A stretch of DNA of 51,188 bases from the NCBI RefSeq assembly GCF_001194135.2, contig NC_068983.1, forward strand, positions 104,117,614-104,168,801, given 5' to 3'. A program made the translations under genes and the position numbers. The stretch comes from Octopus bimaculoides. Lineage: Eukaryota. The notes under the pieces are model-generated. The model was not told the origin of the DNA, did not search any database, and saw only the letters and a program-made list of their open reading frames with translations. This document shows positions 47,620 through 51,188 of the stretch, piece by piece (the stretch's first letter is position 1; each line of letters opens with the position of its first letter).

Positions 47620-48027
47620 ATAATGTTATTTATAAATGTAGCGTTGAAACGCAAAATAGCCAAAGAAAAATATGTATTGGATATATATTGGTAGTTCGGT
47701 AAACTTCAAGCAGAGGTACTGAAGCCACCTAAGTTCTTTTAACGATCCTAAATATAGGACATCTACCACATTGGCATCATATGTAAATGACCTTAAGGAA
47801 AAGAATATTACATTCAAATTATCGTGGTCTATCCTTACACATGCACCCCCCCATATGGAATCGGATCCACTAGATGCGGTTTGTGCACCAGGGAAGCATA
47901 CTTTATATTGAAAAACTATAATCATGCTATGTTAAATAAATTTACTGATGCAATACCAGCTTCTACACATAGGATCCACTCTATGTTCTTGAAGAAATTA
48001 AAAAATGAAAGTAAAAATATAAATTAG
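47620..48027 (+). mobile_element. Penelope-like GIY-YIG endonuclease domain, frameshifted
   Basis: NVIYKCSV...YIGSSVNFKQRY.SHLSSF...STTLASYVNDLKEK...WSIL.HA.PYGIGSTRCGLCTREAYFIL...MLNK. Confidence 0.88.
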
Positions 48028-48379
48028 AAATAATAATAATAATAAAAATATAATTAAAACAATATAATAATTAAATAATTACAAAAATAACAATAGGTAC
48101 AGTATAAGGTTGCAATAGTGTAATAGGTATGATTTGAACTTAGATAACTAATTTCATAGGAACATGGGAATAAAATTAAAGTGCAATAATGGATTAGTCT
48201 GGGTTGAACTTAGCACATTTCTTTACCATAGCATTCTGATTATATGCTAATGAGGTAATATTAGATAACTATAAAGGTGGTAAGCGCAATGTCTTAATTT
48301 TCGCAAGTGGCTGGTATGTAATTGTGTAATTGTATTTCTGTATTTGTTTTTTATTTTGTTTTTTTGCATTGTGTGAAAA

Positions 48380-48461
48380 CATCCTGATGAGGGGAGTGTC
48401 AGTTTTAAAAATATGAAATATATCATATTACTTGGCATATCTCTGAAACAGCCCGTAGATG
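48380..48461 (+). ncRNA. Type I hammerhead ribozyme in the PLE terminal repeat
   Basis: CATC-CTGATGA-[GGGGA/TCTCT, GTGTCAG/TTGGCAT, AATATGA/TCATATT]-GAAAC-AGCCC-GTA-GATG. Confidence 0.75.
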
Positions 48462-49093
48462 GAATTTTTAAATTGTAATATTTTCATGGTATTTTACTAT
48501 GTCCTTTTAATGTTTTATCATTTCAAATTTTTATTACACCAATGTATTGTAACTTTTAAATCTAAAATTCACTGTTATGATACATTTTATGTATCATAAC
48601 GATATTTATCTATTTATATGTATTTTTATATTTATATATTTGGAATTTTTGTATCAGTTTTATAAATGTAGAAGAATAAATGCATATATTTGATTTTGTG
48701 TGTGGTTATTAATTTTGTTCTTCTAGTTTCCACTTGCATCACCTCCATTCAGATTATTAAATGGTATATGTATATACATATATTTATATATATATAATTC
48801 CAAGAGAGTTAGAGGTTGTGAATCCAACCAAGTAAAGGATAGTATCTATCCAATATCTGGTGGTAGAATACTCAATTATTAATACACAAGTGTTGGTTAT
48901 TGCGTGGCAATTACACTACTGAGCATAATAAATGGACAAGAGTAATAAGTGGTTTCACCCTTAATTTATATGGCAAGAAGAAAATGTATATACACATGTA
49001 TATATATTCTCAGAACTGTTTAAAATAAATAAATAGACATAATATAATGTCTAACAGATGCATACTACCTCTGGTTTCCCTCCATTTTCTTCT

Positions 49094-49130
<37 letters not shown>

Positions 49131-49354
49131 TATAGATAGATAGATAGATATGACTGTTATAAGTTATTCTCATGCTTATATCCATATTGCTTTTGGTGGC
49201 CTGAGGACTCACATAAGTCACCAGGTGAAGTGAATGAATTGTAAACATTGGTGAATAGTAGTGATAGTAATGAGTGGTGTTGATTGTCTGCTTGGGTGGA
49301 TTGTTTTTACCTCATGTTGTCTTTAACATGAGAGTCAGTTATTTATATATATAT

Positions 49355-49869
49355 ATATATATATTTAGCCTTTACTAGTGTCACATAACCAGCCCATTTA
49401 AAAAGTACTTTTGAATAGTTGGGTGACACGCTGTGCTTGAGGAGACCTATTGTGTCAAGTAGAATCAAAATCAAAAATCTAATTACAATCAAATGGAAAT
49501 TGTAGTCGTGGCCAATACCAGTGCCACCTGACTGGCTCTCATGCTGGTGGCACACAATAAGCACCATTCATGCGTGGGTCATTGCCAGTGCCGCCTGACT
49601 GACTCTCCATGCCGGTGGCACATAAAAAACACCATCCAAAAGTGACTGATGCCAGCCTCGAGCCCCCACCCGCCCGCTCTGACTGGCTCCTGTGCCAGTA
49701 ACACATAAAAAGCACCATCCAAATGTGGCCGATCCAGTGTCGCCTGACTGGCTCCTATGCTGGTGACACGTAAAAAGCACCCACTACACTCTTGGAGTAG
49801 TTGACATTAGGAAAGACATCCAGCTGTAGAAACATTGCCAGATCATATTGCAGCCTGGTGAGGCCTCAT
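49355..49869 (+). mobile_element. RTE 3'UTR-derived element (3' end in gap)
   Basis: Repeated (T/G)TGC(T/C)GGTGGCAC units and family consensus. Confidence 0.8.
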
Positions 49870-49995
49870 NNNNNNNNNNNNNNNNNNNNNNNNNNNNNNN
49901 NNNNNNNNNNNNNNNNNNNNNNNNNNNNNNNNNNNNNNNNNNNNNNNNNNNNNNNNNNNNNNNNNNNNNNNNNNNNNNNNNNNNNNNNNNNNNNN

Positions 49996-50066
<71 letters not shown>

Positions 50067-50289
50067 ATCAAACACACATACACAAGGTATGTGTATTGCC
50101 AGTTCATGGGCAGGCTGTGTATAAACGCAGAAAGTTTTCTTGTCAATACATCTGGTGTAAAAACACCTAGAAGCCACTGACAAGTGAGATAATGCATGCT
50201 AGGTCCGATTCCAGGAGTGGTAGACATTAATGTTTTGTCATCTTTGTGACTTGTCAATACTACATACCCAAAATGAGGCTTGTTTAAAT

Positions 50290-50520
50290 TTCTTGGGCTG
50301 CTTCTCATTCATATGGATTTAAAGGATAAGAACATTAAATATGACTTAAAGTGGTCCATTACTAGTTATGCACCAATCATACAATATCGGTAATTCTGCA
50401 TGTGGTCTTTGCCTTGAAGAAATGTATTATATAATTACTTCTAAATTAATTTTATTGAATTTTAATGGAAAATTTACGATAAAATGTTGCCATAAATTTA
50501 GAAAGACGTTCAATTATTTC
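50290..50520 (+). mobile_element. Penelope-like GIY-YIG C-terminal fragment
   Basis: DLKDKNIKYDLKWSITSYAP..YNIGNSACGLCLEEMYYII...LLN...KCCHKF. Confidence 0.8.
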
Positions 50521-51076
50521 AATTATTAATTATATTTTTTCACATATTATATAAGGTTAATTCTTATAAAAGGTTTAGTATATTGAGTAAATAGATTACT
50601 AATTGTTGTGACATAAAGTATCTAAGTTTCTATTAATCATAATATAGAATTCTTATCTTTATTTTTTATTCTTTAGTTATCTAGTGACACTGTCAATAGC
50701 TGTATACAAAAATAGCCTTTTTTAGATTATGTATCTTATGTAGATTTTTAATTGTCATGATATGTTTGTTTTTTTATTATTTCATCATCCACTGATGTCA
50801 CCAATAGTTGAATACAAAATGATTCTTCTTGAATATGTTTATTTTATAAAACATTTTCATTATCCTATGACATCACCATTAGTTAAATGAAGGAATGTCT
50901 TAGGCCGAATTTGATTTAGGTGATCCTTTGGTTAGCATTTATAATCTGATAATTTTTCAGATGTTCAATTTGAATTTCACTAATGTTGGATAACCTTGAT
51001 AAAGTTGTGTTAACATATATTTTCAAGGATATTAATATCAATCTTAATTATATTTTCTCTCTCTCTATATATATAT

Positions 51077-51110
<34 letters not shown>

Positions 51111-51119
51111 ATGTATATG

Positions 51120-51164
<45 letters not shown>

Positions 51165-51188
51165 AAATATATATATATATATATATAT

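Noticed and set aside
48820-48875. GGATAG-TAT-CTATCC hairpin as stem II of a decayed hammerhead
   Set aside because: Both conserved core segments are too degenerate to call.
50090-50310. Minus-strand ORF MRSSPRNLNKPHFGY...NWQYT as a host exon
   Set aside because: No recognised homology and no consistent acceptor/donor pair; it abuts a PLE fragment and a microsatellite.

Overview
AT-rich, gap-containing eukaryotic scaffold segment that is almost entirely intronic or intergenic. The SINE families, microsatellite density and transposon complement match an octopus genome (probably Octopus bimaculoides; this is recognition from memory, not a database result). No intact protein-coding gene can be supported, and nearly all ORF-track entries are microsatellite, gap or antisense-transposon artefacts. 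The window is a graveyard of mobile elements: tRNA-derived SINEs (three to four families, some with exact TSDs), RTE LINE 3' ends with (GAT)n tails, an L1/Tx1 3' fragment, two R4/Dong-type 3' fragments in (TAA)n, decayed mariner, Tc1 and DD37D transposons, piggyBac-type MITEs, and at least seven Penelope-like element (PLE) remnants. The most interesting signal is a set of hammerhead-ribozyme motifs tied to the PLE remnants. One has a near-intact core (48380-48461). One lies in a 328-bp tandem unit resembling a retrozyme (25446-25850). Two lie in the arms of a roughly 270-bp, about 95% identical fold-back (21311-21860). A few isolated splice-signal-bounded segments could be host exons, but they are unproven.
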